From: a virus
DNA length: 64,000 nucleotides
IMG/VR virus record: IMGVR_UViG_3300035698_016731
Span: 15,775 to 79,774 of that record
Reading direction: 5' to 3' (one strand)
The notes below the pieces were generated by a model, which was given only the letters and a program-made list of their open reading frames with translations, ran no database searches and was not told the origin of the DNA. Within the stretch, counting starts at the first letter, position 1. Each line of letters starts with the position of its first letter. This document shows, piece after piece, positions 50,138-59,059 of the stretch. The translations under genes were made by a program, and so were the position numbers.

Positions 50138-51189
50138 AGCTCTCTCCTTAATATATTTACTATTCTTTCACTTGCTTTTCCATCCCACATGGAAGGAATA
50201 GTTCTGTGAATGGTTCTATTTATATAGAATCTAACATCACTTTCTAGTTGAGATATAGTAGTCAAATGATTAGTTCCAGATGATATTGTTATATTCCGTT
50301 CTGTATTAGGTCTCAAAGTCAAACAAGGCACACCTAAATATGTAGTCTCTTCCTGTACTCCACCACTATCTGTTATTACTAAACTTGCATTTCTTTGTGC
50401 CCCAATAAAATCTAAATATCCAAGTGGCTTTTCAAAATAAATATCTGACTCGAATGGTTTAAACTCTTCAAATTTCTTTTTTGTTCTTGGGTGAAGGGGG
50501 AAAATAACATGGTAAAATTTAGTTATATCATTTAAGACATTCAATATCCTTTTTAATCTTACTGGATTATCAACATTATAAGGTCTATGCAAAGTTACAA
50601 GGATATATCTACCACCCCATTTATTCATTTCTCTAACTTTAGGAAGCACTTTTATAAGAGAATCAATCATTGTATTTCCAACAAAAGAAATACCTTTTGT
50701 AATTCCTTCTTTTTTTAAATTGCTTTCAGCTTCTCTACAATGGGTAAAAAGAAAATCAGAAATAGAATCAGTAAGCCTTCTATTTATCTCTTCAGGCATA
50801 CTATCATCATAGCTTCTCAATCCAGCTTCTACATGAGCAATCTGTATACCTTTCTTCTTAGCAACTAATGCACAAGCTAAAGTACTATTAACATCTCCAA
50901 CCACTATTACTAAATCAGGATTAAATTTATCTATAAATAATTCAAATCTCTCCATAACTTTTGCAGTTTGATAAGCATGAGTTGCACTTCCTACTCCCAA
51001 AGTTGCATATACATCAGGCAAACCCAGCTCTTTAAAAAAATCATCACCCATATTTTTATCATAATGCTGACCTGTGTGAATAAAAACATATTCAAATTCA
51101 TCTGGATACTTTTTTAGTTCCGACATAATTGGAGCAATTTTCATATAGTTAGGTCTTGCTCCTACAACTAGCATTATCTTCTTTTTCAT
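50134..51189 (-). CDS. wecB: UDP-N-acetylglucosamine 2-epimerase (non-hydrolysing)
   Basis: GARPNYMK, HTGQHYD, VGDVNST, HVEAGLRS, PEEINR, TDSGGVQEE. Confidence 0.96.
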   Translation of the reverse strand: MKKKIMLVVGARPNYMKIAPIMSELKKYPDEFEYVFIHTGQHYDKNMGDDFFKELGLPDVYATLGVGSATHAYQTAKVMERFELFIDKFNPDLVIVVGDVNSTLACALVAKKKGIQIAHVEAGLRSYDDSMPEEINRRLTDSISDFLFTHCREAESNLKKEGITKGISFVGNTMIDSLIKVLPKVREMNKWGGRYILVTLHRPYNVDNPVRLKRILNVLNDITKFYHVIFPLHPRTKKKFEEFKPFESDIYFEKPLGYLDFIGAQRNASLVITDSGGVQEETTYLGVPCLTLRPNTERNITISSGTNHLTTISQLESDVRFYINRTIHRTIPSMWDGKASERIVNILRREL

Positions 51190-51335
51190 TCCTTTTCCTC
51201 TTCTGTCCGTCTATCTAATACTACTTCTCCATGAAAACACTTTGCCCAGACTAACTGACCTTTTCTATTGTGTTGCTCAAATTCATGCAGCAGAAGCTTC
51301 TTATCAAAAACTTCTTTTCCACAGCTACAGTACAT
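51186..51335 (-). CDS. Small protein (49 aa, not in ORF track)
   Basis: MYCSCGKEV...KCFHG...; fills the gap and overlaps wecB by ATGA. Confidence 0.6.
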   Translation of the reverse strand: MYCSCGKEVFDKKLLLHEFEQHNRKGQLVWAKCFHGEVVLDRRTEEEKE

Positions 51336-51337
51336 TA

Positions 51338-52273
51338 TCACTTTGTTTCTAGCTCCTCTCTTTCTTTCAAATTACTATCTAAGTATTTAATTTGTATGTA
51401 TTTTTCTTTCTTTTTCTTTTCTTCATAATATTTGTCCATTACATTTCTTTCATCTCCACCATAGTATTCTATAAACTTTTTACGACTTTCTAACAATAAT
51501 AAATCACATCTCAACTCAGGATTGTTAGTGAAAGTATTTCCTAAACAATGATACAAATAAGGAGTCCTTAACATAAAATTTCTTTTTCCCATCATCATCA
51601 TTTCATAAGCGAAAGTAAAATCTTCATACAAGCTCTTTAACCATTCGGGAAATCCTATACTACCATCCTTGTACTTTATCTTCTCCCATTCGCTTTTCCT
51701 AAACATAAAACAACACCCAACAGGACAAGCACATCTTCCAGGAGGTCTATCACATACTTTTGAAGAAAGAGCTATGTCAACTTCTTCTGTAGGAATTTGA
51801 ATTTTTCTACCATGAGGGCTTCTAGGCTTTAACCAACCATTTAATCGGAAAAAACCTTCCATCTCTTCTCTCTTACAAAAAAATGTAGGAAAACCTACCA
51901 TTCCTGCTTCTGGATTATTTTGCATAAAGTAAAGACCAGATTTAAGCCAGTTCTTAGTTACTAATATATCATCATTCAACATAACTACTATATCTGATTG
52001 TGCAGCTTCAACTATGTCATTCCAGCTTCTTGTTATGCCTTCATTGTAAGCATGCTGAATAATGGTGAAATTATTTTGCCCTTCATATTTCTTATAAATC
52101 TCATAAGCATTATCTCTGTGTTCTTTGAATCGACTTCCATCATCACAGAAAAGAACTTCAAAATCAATATCCTTACTAGACATCTCCATTATAGACCTTA
52201 TGCAATGTTCCACCCTATACAAACCATTATATGAAATGACCCCTATACTAATATCCATTTTATATGTCCTCAA
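51338..52273 (-). CDS. GT2 glycosyltransferase
   Basis: CDDGS, NEGITRSWN, MLNDDILV, YEDF. Confidence 0.9.
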   Translation of the reverse strand: MRTYKMDISIGVISYNGLYRVEHCIRSIMEMSSKDIDFEVLFCDDGSRFKEHRDNAYEIYKKYEGQNNFTIIQHAYNEGITRSWNDIVEAAQSDIVVMLNDDILVTKNWLKSGLYFMQNNPEAGMVGFPTFFCKREEMEGFFRLNGWLKPRSPHGRKIQIPTEEVDIALSSKVCDRPPGRCACPVGCCFMFRKSEWEKIKYKDGSIGFPEWLKSLYEDFTFAYEMMMMGKRNFMLRTPYLYHCLGNTFTNNPELRCDLLLLESRKKFIEYYGGDERNVMDKYYEEKKKKEKYIQIKYLDSNLKEREELETK

Positions 52274-53288
52274 GTTTTATTCGGTTTTCTTTTAAAAGTT
52301 CAAAATATCTCTTTTCACCTGCACTAGCTTTAACATCATTCCAAGTTTCACCATATTCTTTTACCACCCAATCTGTTCCCTCTTCTTCTGAAAAATCTAA
52401 CCATTTTATAAGTTTAGGGGGGATAACTCTCATGAATCTATAATGAGGGTTATTAACATCAGTTTGAAGTATATCTCCTTTCCACTTTTTTATGTAATTA
52501 GTTCTACTTTCAGACATTGTTTCAGCAGCTTTAAGTTCAGGATTATTAGCAAAAGTATGTCCCCATATATGATAAATATGAGGATAAGGCAATGAATAAC
52601 TAGGCATACCTCTTGCTGCACACATAGTTCCCATATCTATTTCCTCATAAAAACTTTTAAACTTGAGTTCATCAAATCCACCAAAAGCATTAAGAGTCGA
52701 ATATTTTACAGCAAAACACATACCTGCTGGAGCCATTACTCTACCTGGTGAACCATCAGTTTTTTCCTGATAATTATGAGCAATACATTCTTGAAGTTTT
52801 CTTGTATTTGGATTGATAGTCTGAATCAGTACAACATCTTGTTCTTCTATTATGCTTTTAACCATTGTGGGTCTTATGTAATAAGCAGGCAAGGAACAAG
52901 CTCCACAATGAGGATTATGTTTTAAAAAAAATATCAAAGAATTAAGCCAATTCTTAGTTACCAAAATATCATTATTCAACATAACAACATATTTACTTTT
53001 TATATGTTTCCAAATATGATTCCAAGTAGAAGCTATTCCTTGATTGTGCATATGCTCTATGAGAAATATATTCTTATGCCAAGCTTGATGCTGTTCCACT
53101 ATATATCTTAAACTGAGTTTGAATTCTTCTTTACTTCCATCATCACATATAACGATAGCAACATTTTCTAAATCATAATTGGTATAATATCGAATAGTCT
53201 TTAATAATCCATCAACACATTGAAAATCATTATAGGTACTGATTCCTATTACTACTTCATAACTTATTTTTGCGTTATTTTCAATCAT
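52260..53288 (-). CDS. GT2 glycosyltransferase (paralog of neighbour)
   Basis: CDDGS, NQGIASTWN, MLNNDILV, GGFDE, FYEEID. Confidence 0.9.
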   Translation of the reverse strand: MIENNAKISYEVVIGISTYNDFQCVDGLLKTIRYYTNYDLENVAIVICDDGSKEEFKLSLRYIVEQHQAWHKNIFLIEHMHNQGIASTWNHIWKHIKSKYVVMLNNDILVTKNWLNSLIFFLKHNPHCGACSLPAYYIRPTMVKSIIEEQDVVLIQTINPNTRKLQECIAHNYQEKTDGSPGRVMAPAGMCFAVKYSTLNAFGGFDELKFKSFYEEIDMGTMCAARGMPSYSLPYPHIYHIWGHTFANNPELKAAETMSESRTNYIKKWKGDILQTDVNNPHYRFMRVIPPKLIKWLDFSEEEGTDWVVKEYGETWNDVKASAGEKRYFELLKENRIKLEDI

Positions 53289-53297
53289 ATTTTCTCC

Positions 53298-56200
53298 TTA
53301 TAGCAAATTCAAATATAGTTCATTGTGAAGTTGAGATATTTTTTCAGGAGGATAACTTCTTACATACTCCATAGACTTTTTAACTAGCTTATCTGACTCT
53401 TTTTTATCTCCAATAAGATTGTTAGATATTTCAGCTAATGCTCTTGAGTCTAGCATAGGAAACTGCTTAGTTATAGGGAAGATGTCCTCGAACATAGGAC
53501 TGTGGCTGACAACACAAGGTCTGCCACATGACAACCCAGTACGAGCTGCAGCTGAGGCACTATAATACCCTTTAATCGTATAAGCATAAGCTATTATATT
53601 AGCACACTGTAATTTCTCCATTACTTTATCCATAGTCAAATATTGGTCAAATATCTTAACTTTACTTTTAATCTTCAAATTCTTAATGAGGTATCTTATA
53701 TGTTGGTAACATTCATGTTTAACATCTCCAGCTCCTATAATCCAAATCTCTGTATTATTTCCCATATAAGCTAAAGATTTAACAAGACAATCATATCCTT
53801 TATGCTGTTGGAAAAAACCATGGCTTGCAACAATCTTCTTATCCAGAGGTATGTTCAATTTCTTTCGAGCTGTTTCTATATCTACATTATCATATTGCAA
53901 ACAGGGAAGAGGAATACAACCAATACTCCTATTCCCTGTTGCTTCTCTTGCTTTCACTGCTGCTGCAGAATTACAAACCAATTCTTTATCCACTAAAGCA
54001 TTTACTGTTTTGTGAAAGCCAACATCTATATAATAAGTATGATATGTTATTACCACTCTTATTCCCATCTCTTTTAAAGTTTTTATAAAGCGAATAAAAT
54101 TATTGGTATCTTGATAGAAAGAAAATTCGTGATGAATATGAATTACATTAGTTCCATACTTTTTTATGTCATCTAGTAATCGTTGATAGTCCTTAAAGTC
54201 TCTTGACCAAACTCGCCTAACTAAATCAGTATTATCCTTTCCATATATCTTTCCATCAGTTGGAGCATATATTTTTATGTCTTCATAATCCTTTAGTCCA
54301 TCTATGTAATATTTTGTATTCTCAGCTATACCACATTTTTCACTCCAACTTACAACAACACCCAATCTCAATTTTTCTTTCTTCAGTACTGGCTTCTTAT
54401 CAAAAATCCTTTTAGTCCTGTCCATTAAAGCAGGAATAGAGAAATTCTCAAGAGCATAGTCTCTTGCTGGTTGGAGGAGTTTATGGTATACTGCATTCTT
54501 GTAATCGAGAACCTCTTTAGCAAGACTGTTAAAATCATCAAGTTTAAAATAATTAACATGCTCCTTATAATTCTCTTTTAATATAGGCAAATCACTACAA
54601 AAAACAGGAATCTTCACTAACATTGCTTCAAAAGGAGTCATTCCAAAACCTTCAAATTTACTAGGAACAATCATCATCTTTGAAGCTTTTATAAGTTTAA
54701 ATTTATCTTCATCATTAATATTCTCAAAAGTACTTACTTCCAAATTGGAAAATCTATACTTAGACTTAATATGACTAGCTCTATATCCCACTAAAGCAAC
54801 TCTACATTTCTCGAATATCTTGGACAAGCTTTCTAAAAGAAACAAATGGTTTTTATAATCTTTAACCATACTAATATAAATAACATCATAATCCTTTTTA
54901 GCCATCTTTCCCAGCAGAACAATCTTATCTCCAACAATATTATTACAAGCAGGTTCAATAGGAATAATAACTTTATCTTCAAAAAGCTTATCCCATTCTT
55001 TCATCTTCTTAACTCCCAACTCAGACAAAGTTACAACTATATCACTCTCAAGGAGACTTTGTTTACAAGCTGTCCAAAATCCTTCCTTACTGTCATCACC
55101 TTTCCGATACTCCCTAATATAGTTAGGAGTCTCATATATAAAATTAACTACTTTTCCAAATCCAGTATTTTTCTTATACTCCACAGCAGTTATACAAGTA
55201 TTATAAGGCTCACCAACTATGTAATCAAATTTTTGGTCATATCGGGAAATGTCCATTGATGGGTCAATTATTATATTGAATTTACCTTTAAATTCTTTGT
55301 AGTTAAAATCATCAAAGAAGACTGGCATCTTATTAGTCAAAACCCAAACAGTAAATCCTCTCTCAGCTAAAGCCTTCATAGTCATCCAACCATGATATCT
55401 TCCACCACTATATACAACTTCAGTTTCTGTTATATATAGAACATTAGTTGTCCTTTTATCAAGAACAATGTTGTATCGGTCTTGATAGTATTCTCCTTTG
55501 TAATTAGATACAACTTTAACTTCTAAATCAGGAATTTCTTTTTTTACATTAATCACAGCTTGTGGTTTATTTGTTTGTAGATTGACAATTCCAAATCTCT
55601 GGACAGCTTCTATAACATCATTTACTTTTATAGACCTCATGCAAAGAGGAACAATCTTCCTATTAGGACACCCAGACAACTTTAAAATAAAACAAGGAGA
55701 ACTAGGACACCCTTGAACTGATACTGGAAAATGATTCTTATAATAACTAACTACAGACTCAGGCTTAGTATTCCCCCACAAACCTATAGTAGTTTTCTCC
55801 AAAAGTCCAGCTATGTGAACCATTCCAGTATCAGTAGTCACCACAGCTTTAGCTTTCTTTACCAGACTTACAACTCTATCCAAATATAGTCCAACAGCTG
55901 AATATACATTCCTATCTTTCCTATCTATATAGAAATCATACTCACTTCCTGTAATAACTACATTTATATCACTAAATTGAGTAAGTTCATAAGCTAATCG
56001 TTCCCATTTTTCATTTTGCCATTTCCGAAGAGGACTAGAACCTCCTGTATGAAGAATGATAAAGTCTTTTATTCCCCTAACTCCTAACCAATCATCAATT
56101 TCTTTATCAAACTGAGTTTTAATTTTCGGTAATTGAATTGGCAAACCTTTAAATTTTACACCTTTGTGGCGAGTAACAAGCATATCTCTATACAAATCAT

Positions 56201-56702
56201 AATAGTCAGTACTTGTTCTTTTGGAATTATTCTCTATAGTGTCTATAAAATCCAGTATAGCATCATAATTATATAAAACTTCAAACTTGCGACTGTCTTG
56301 ATAAGGAACAAGACCATCTATGGAAGGAAAAAGTCGAAACAGAGGAAATTGCCAGTTCTGACAAGCCACACTTACTCTAACACTAGGCTCTACACTTTTC
56401 AGCAACTCAACAATACTAACTGTTCCAATAATATCTCCCAAACCACCATTCCTTTTCAGAAGTATTCTTTTGTCTTTTAAATCTTCAGGAAGAGTGGTTC
56501 GGGATTCTTTGTGATTGGGAATCACAGAAGGAGACTTAAAAATTTCAGGTAAATCATCCCAACTTTTAAAGCACATAAAATACCCAAGCTGATTAAGATG
56601 AGTTATTACATCATCATCATTAATCTCTATAGGTACATTCTTATAATAATCCAAACCTTTATAGGTATAAGATGGATACCTTGTAAGAACTAAAACAGAC
56701 AT
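53298..56702 (-). CDS. Multidomain glycosyltransferase: short N-terminal module + GT9 (heptosyltransferase-like) + GT4 + GT4
   Basis: RNGGLGD...RKW...TDTGMVHIAG (GT9); SGGRYH...PSKFEGFGMTPFEA (GT4); CGIAENT...HGFFQQHKG (GT4). Confidence 0.9.
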   Translation of the reverse strand: MSVLVLTRYPSYTYKGLDYYKNVPIEINDDDVITHLNQLGYFMCFKSWDDLPEIFKSPSVIPNHKESRTTLPEDLKDKRILLKRNGGLGDIIGTVSIVELLKSVEPSVRVSVACQNWQFPLFRLFPSIDGLVPYQDSRKFEVLYNYDAILDFIDTIENNSKRTSTDYYDLYRDMLVTRHKGVKFKGLPIQLPKIKTQFDKEIDDWLGVRGIKDFIILHTGGSSPLRKWQNEKWERLAYELTQFSDINVVITGSEYDFYIDRKDRNVYSAVGLYLDRVVSLVKKAKAVVTTDTGMVHIAGLLEKTTIGLWGNTKPESVVSYYKNHFPVSVQGCPSSPCFILKLSGCPNRKIVPLCMRSIKVNDVIEAVQRFGIVNLQTNKPQAVINVKKEIPDLEVKVVSNYKGEYYQDRYNIVLDKRTTNVLYITETEVVYSGGRYHGWMTMKALAERGFTVWVLTNKMPVFFDDFNYKEFKGKFNIIIDPSMDISRYDQKFDYIVGEPYNTCITAVEYKKNTGFGKVVNFIYETPNYIREYRKGDDSKEGFWTACKQSLLESDIVVTLSELGVKKMKEWDKLFEDKVIIPIEPACNNIVGDKIVLLGKMAKKDYDVIYISMVKDYKNHLFLLESLSKIFEKCRVALVGYRASHIKSKYRFSNLEVSTFENINDEDKFKLIKASKMMIVPSKFEGFGMTPFEAMLVKIPVFCSDLPILKENYKEHVNYFKLDDFNSLAKEVLDYKNAVYHKLLQPARDYALENFSIPALMDRTKRIFDKKPVLKKEKLRLGVVVSWSEKCGIAENTKYYIDGLKDYEDIKIYAPTDGKIYGKDNTDLVRRVWSRDFKDYQRLLDDIKKYGTNVIHIHHEFSFYQDTNNFIRFIKTLKEMGIRVVITYHTYYIDVGFHKTVNALVDKELVCNSAAAVKAREATGNRSIGCIPLPCLQYDNVDIETARKKLNIPLDKKIVASHGFFQQHKGYDCLVKSLAYMGNNTEIWIIGAGDVKHECYQHIRYLIKNLKIKSKVKIFDQYLTMDKVMEKLQCANIIAYAYTIKGYYSASAAARTGLSCGRPCVVSHSPMFEDIFPITKQFPMLDSRALAEISNNLIGDKKESDKLVKKSMEYVRSYPPEKISQLHNELYLNLL

Positions 56703-56705
56703 ACA

Positions 56706-57407
56706 TCACTTTCTCCCAACTTTTTTCTTACGTTTTACACGCTTAGGAGTAGTTGGAGCAGGTTTCCTTATCAGTTTCATTTCTTCTTCTGGCTCTTCTT
56801 TTGCTACATCAAGAGTTTCTTCTTTTGCTTCTTCTACTGGACTAGCATCAGGAGGAGAGACTTTCTTTCCTGATGGAGCCGAAAGTCCTTCTTTGTTGAT
56901 AATCATAGTACAAGCTTCAGGCATAGCACACTTTAGAATTCTACTTAGATTCAAAGCATTATTAGCTAAACGGATTGCATCCTTTCCCTCAACACCAAGA
57001 ATCTCAAAAGCCTGACGGGCAGAATCAAATCCTACTCCATCAAAGTCTATATCAGTTTTCCCTAATTCTTCTTCCTCATGTACTCCATCATCATCAAGGA
57101 TAAGAGTCTTTTTAGGTTCAGCCTTTTTCTTTTTAAGTTCCTCAGCTTGCATACGCATTTGTTTATATTTTTCTTCTTTTTTGGCAGGAGTATCTGCTTT
57201 GTCAGCAGCATTTTCTTCAGCTTTCTGGATTTCTTCAGGAATCTCTTTGCCTGGGTCAGCTCTATAAAAGAAATAGCCAAGACCAAGTAAGTATCTTTCT
57301 ACATCAGGGGGAAGGTTATAAACAGGTTTGCCAGTTACAAATTCAATTTGGTTAAACTTATCCTTATAAGTATAACTATCATGTTTACTACTTAATTCAA
57401 GTCCCAT
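56706..57407 (-). CDS. Post-capsid protein with YqbF-like N-terminus and charged low-complexity tail (putative capsid-associated)
   Basis: SYTYK...F..G.P...YL..LGYF; position after the capsid/HNH genes. Confidence 0.55.
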   Translation of the reverse strand: MGLELSSKHDSYTYKDKFNQIEFVTGKPVYNLPPDVERYLLGLGYFFYRADPGKEIPEEIQKAEENAADKADTPAKKEEKYKQMRMQAEELKKKKAEPKKTLILDDDGVHEEEELGKTDIDFDGVGFDSARQAFEILGVEGKDAIRLANNALNLSRILKCAMPEACTMIINKEGLSAPSGKKVSPPDASPVEEAKEETLDVAKEEPEEEMKLIRKPAPTTPKRVKRKKKVGRK

Positions 57408-57452
57408 ACGACACCTCCAATTTAAGTTAATCTCAATCCGTTTTACAATATA

Positions 57453-57986
57453 CTATTTAACTACTTTATATTCTATTTTCATTTGATAGTGTTTTATCCA
57501 GTCACCTCTTTCAAAGTTCGTTATAGAATGACAACTAACACACAAAGATATAAGGTTAGTTGGAGTATTATTTTTCTTATTATAATCTATGTGATGAATA
57601 TCTAAACCTTTACCATTCTCTATTTCAGAACAACCACAACTCTGGCACTGAAATCCATCTCTTTTTCTAATTTTCCATTTTAATGTCTCATTAAACTCTT
57701 TACCATATTTTTCAAAAGACACACCACCTTGCCAAAGAGGATTCTTTTTTCCAATCCATCTTTTCCTGAGATGTTCTCTGTACTCTGGAGTAGTAGTTTG
57801 AGTCTTTGGTTTTCCAACTTTCTGTGATGCCATATTTAGAACTCTTGAATCAGTTTCTTTGGTAAGACCTTTATTCCAAGCAGGGTGACCTTTGAGAGTT
57901 TTGCTGATTTTATCTTTAGTAGTTTGGGAAGGACTTTTTCCAAGTTTGGCTAATCTCATTTTTTCTCTTGTAGCTTTTCTAATCAT
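57453..57986 (-). CDS. NUMOD3-HNH homing endonuclease
   Basis: TREKMRLAKLGK, TKDKISKTLKG, WNKGLTKE; RDGFQCQSCG...IHHIDYNKKNN...NLISLCVSCH. Confidence 0.9.
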   Translation of the reverse strand: MIRKATREKMRLAKLGKSPSQTTKDKISKTLKGHPAWNKGLTKETDSRVLNMASQKVGKPKTQTTTPEYREHLRKRWIGKKNPLWQGGVSFEKYGKEFNETLKWKIRKRDGFQCQSCGCSEIENGKGLDIHHIDYNKKNNTPTNLISLCVSCHSITNFERGDWIKHYQMKIEYKVVK

Positions 57987-58005
57987 ATCAATCTCTCAAT
58001 TCAGT

Positions 58006-58037
58006 TATAGAGAGGAAGTTTTCACTCCCTCTCTACA
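58006..58037 (-). terminator. 14-bp GAAA-tetraloop hairpin downstream of the major capsid gene
   Basis: TGTAGAGAGGGAGT-GAAA-ACTTCCTCTCTATA; no U tract follows. Confidence 0.6.
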
Positions 58038-58048
58038 GTTATTACAAA

Positions 58049-59050
58049 CTACCCAGTATATGCGGTAGAAGCGTCACACGACAAACTTCTTGCTTTAGCT
58101 ATCATATCCTGTTCAACAATCTGGAAATCAGCACACATATAGATAGTGACTTCTGTAAGTCCTTTTCTTGGACGGAAGTCAAAATAGAATTTTATATTTC
58201 TCTGTATAAAGAGAATAAAATTCTTAGGGTCAGCCAGAAGAATAAAAGTACCATCAGTCTGAGCTGTACCTATTGTGAGGTCTTCAGGAATAAATGGCCA
58301 CTGAACAATAGGAATACCAAAAGGTGCAAGTGTTACATCCTGTGTCCACCCTTTATCTCCACCAGCAGTAGCACGAGCTGCAAAAGTATACTGCATATCT
58401 TCTACTACATTAACACCACCAATGAATTTGTATCTTGATTTGTAGTCACCTTTCTTCCATTTATTAGGAAGAGCTGCCATAAGGTCTTTGTACATAAGCA
58501 GACTTACACCAAGACCATTAACATCAAGTATATTCGGACAAAGTTGAGTCTGAATATGAATTCCATCAAATGAACGCAGAAGATTCTGCTGAGCATTTGC
58601 ACTACCAAGGCTGTCATCACCCTCGATTACAAGCTGAGCAAGGTCATTAGAGATAGCAGAACTGAACATTCTAACCATCGTATTCTTAAAGCCTTTCTTT
58701 TCAATAGAATCACTGTCAGCCTGAATTGTTAGGTCGAAACAAGCAACTAACTGTACAGTATCATACTCTACATTAGTTACAGTTGGAGAAGAAGTGGTTG
58801 TTTCAGTTCCACCTTCAGAATCCTGTCTGCGAAGAACATTACCTGAGAGGATAATCTTATCGATTTCTCCTTTAGGATGGTCAACTGCACGGTGAGTTAT
58901 GTCCTGAAGAACTTTCTGGTATTCAATTGTAAGGTCGATGAACTTGTTGTTCTGAACCCTGTTTAAATAACCATCTCCAAGAGTAGTGGTAGTTGTTGCA
59001 GCTTTCTTCCTCAGCTCCTCTTTTTGAGTTTTTAATATTTCAATAGTCAT
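58049..59050 (-). CDS. Major capsid protein (HK97 fold, XkdG/YqbE-like)
   Basis: GYLNRVQNNKFID, EIDKI, DSIEKKGF, DLAQLVIEGD, ALPNKW, ADPKNF; follows protease. Confidence 0.9.
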   Translation of the reverse strand: MTIEILKTQKEELRKKAATTTTTLGDGYLNRVQNNKFIDLTIEYQKVLQDITHRAVDHPKGEIDKIILSGNVLRRQDSEGGTETTTSSPTVTNVEYDTVQLVACFDLTIQADSDSIEKKGFKNTMVRMFSSAISNDLAQLVIEGDDSLGSANAQQNLLRSFDGIHIQTQLCPNILDVNGLGVSLLMYKDLMAALPNKWKKGDYKSRYKFIGGVNVVEDMQYTFAARATAGGDKGWTQDVTLAPFGIPIVQWPFIPEDLTIGTAQTDGTFILLADPKNFILFIQRNIKFYFDFRPRKGLTEVTIYMCADFQIVEQDMIAKARSLSCDASTAYTG

Positions 59051-59059
59051 AATTTCTCC

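Noticed and set aside
37574-56702. Host LPS/capsule operon (prophage boundary or chimera)
   Set aside because: Co-oriented with and embedded among phage genes with similar composition; no export or polymerase genes
57453-58048. Group I intron around the HNH gene
   Set aside because: Flanking genes appear complete and no intron core was recognised
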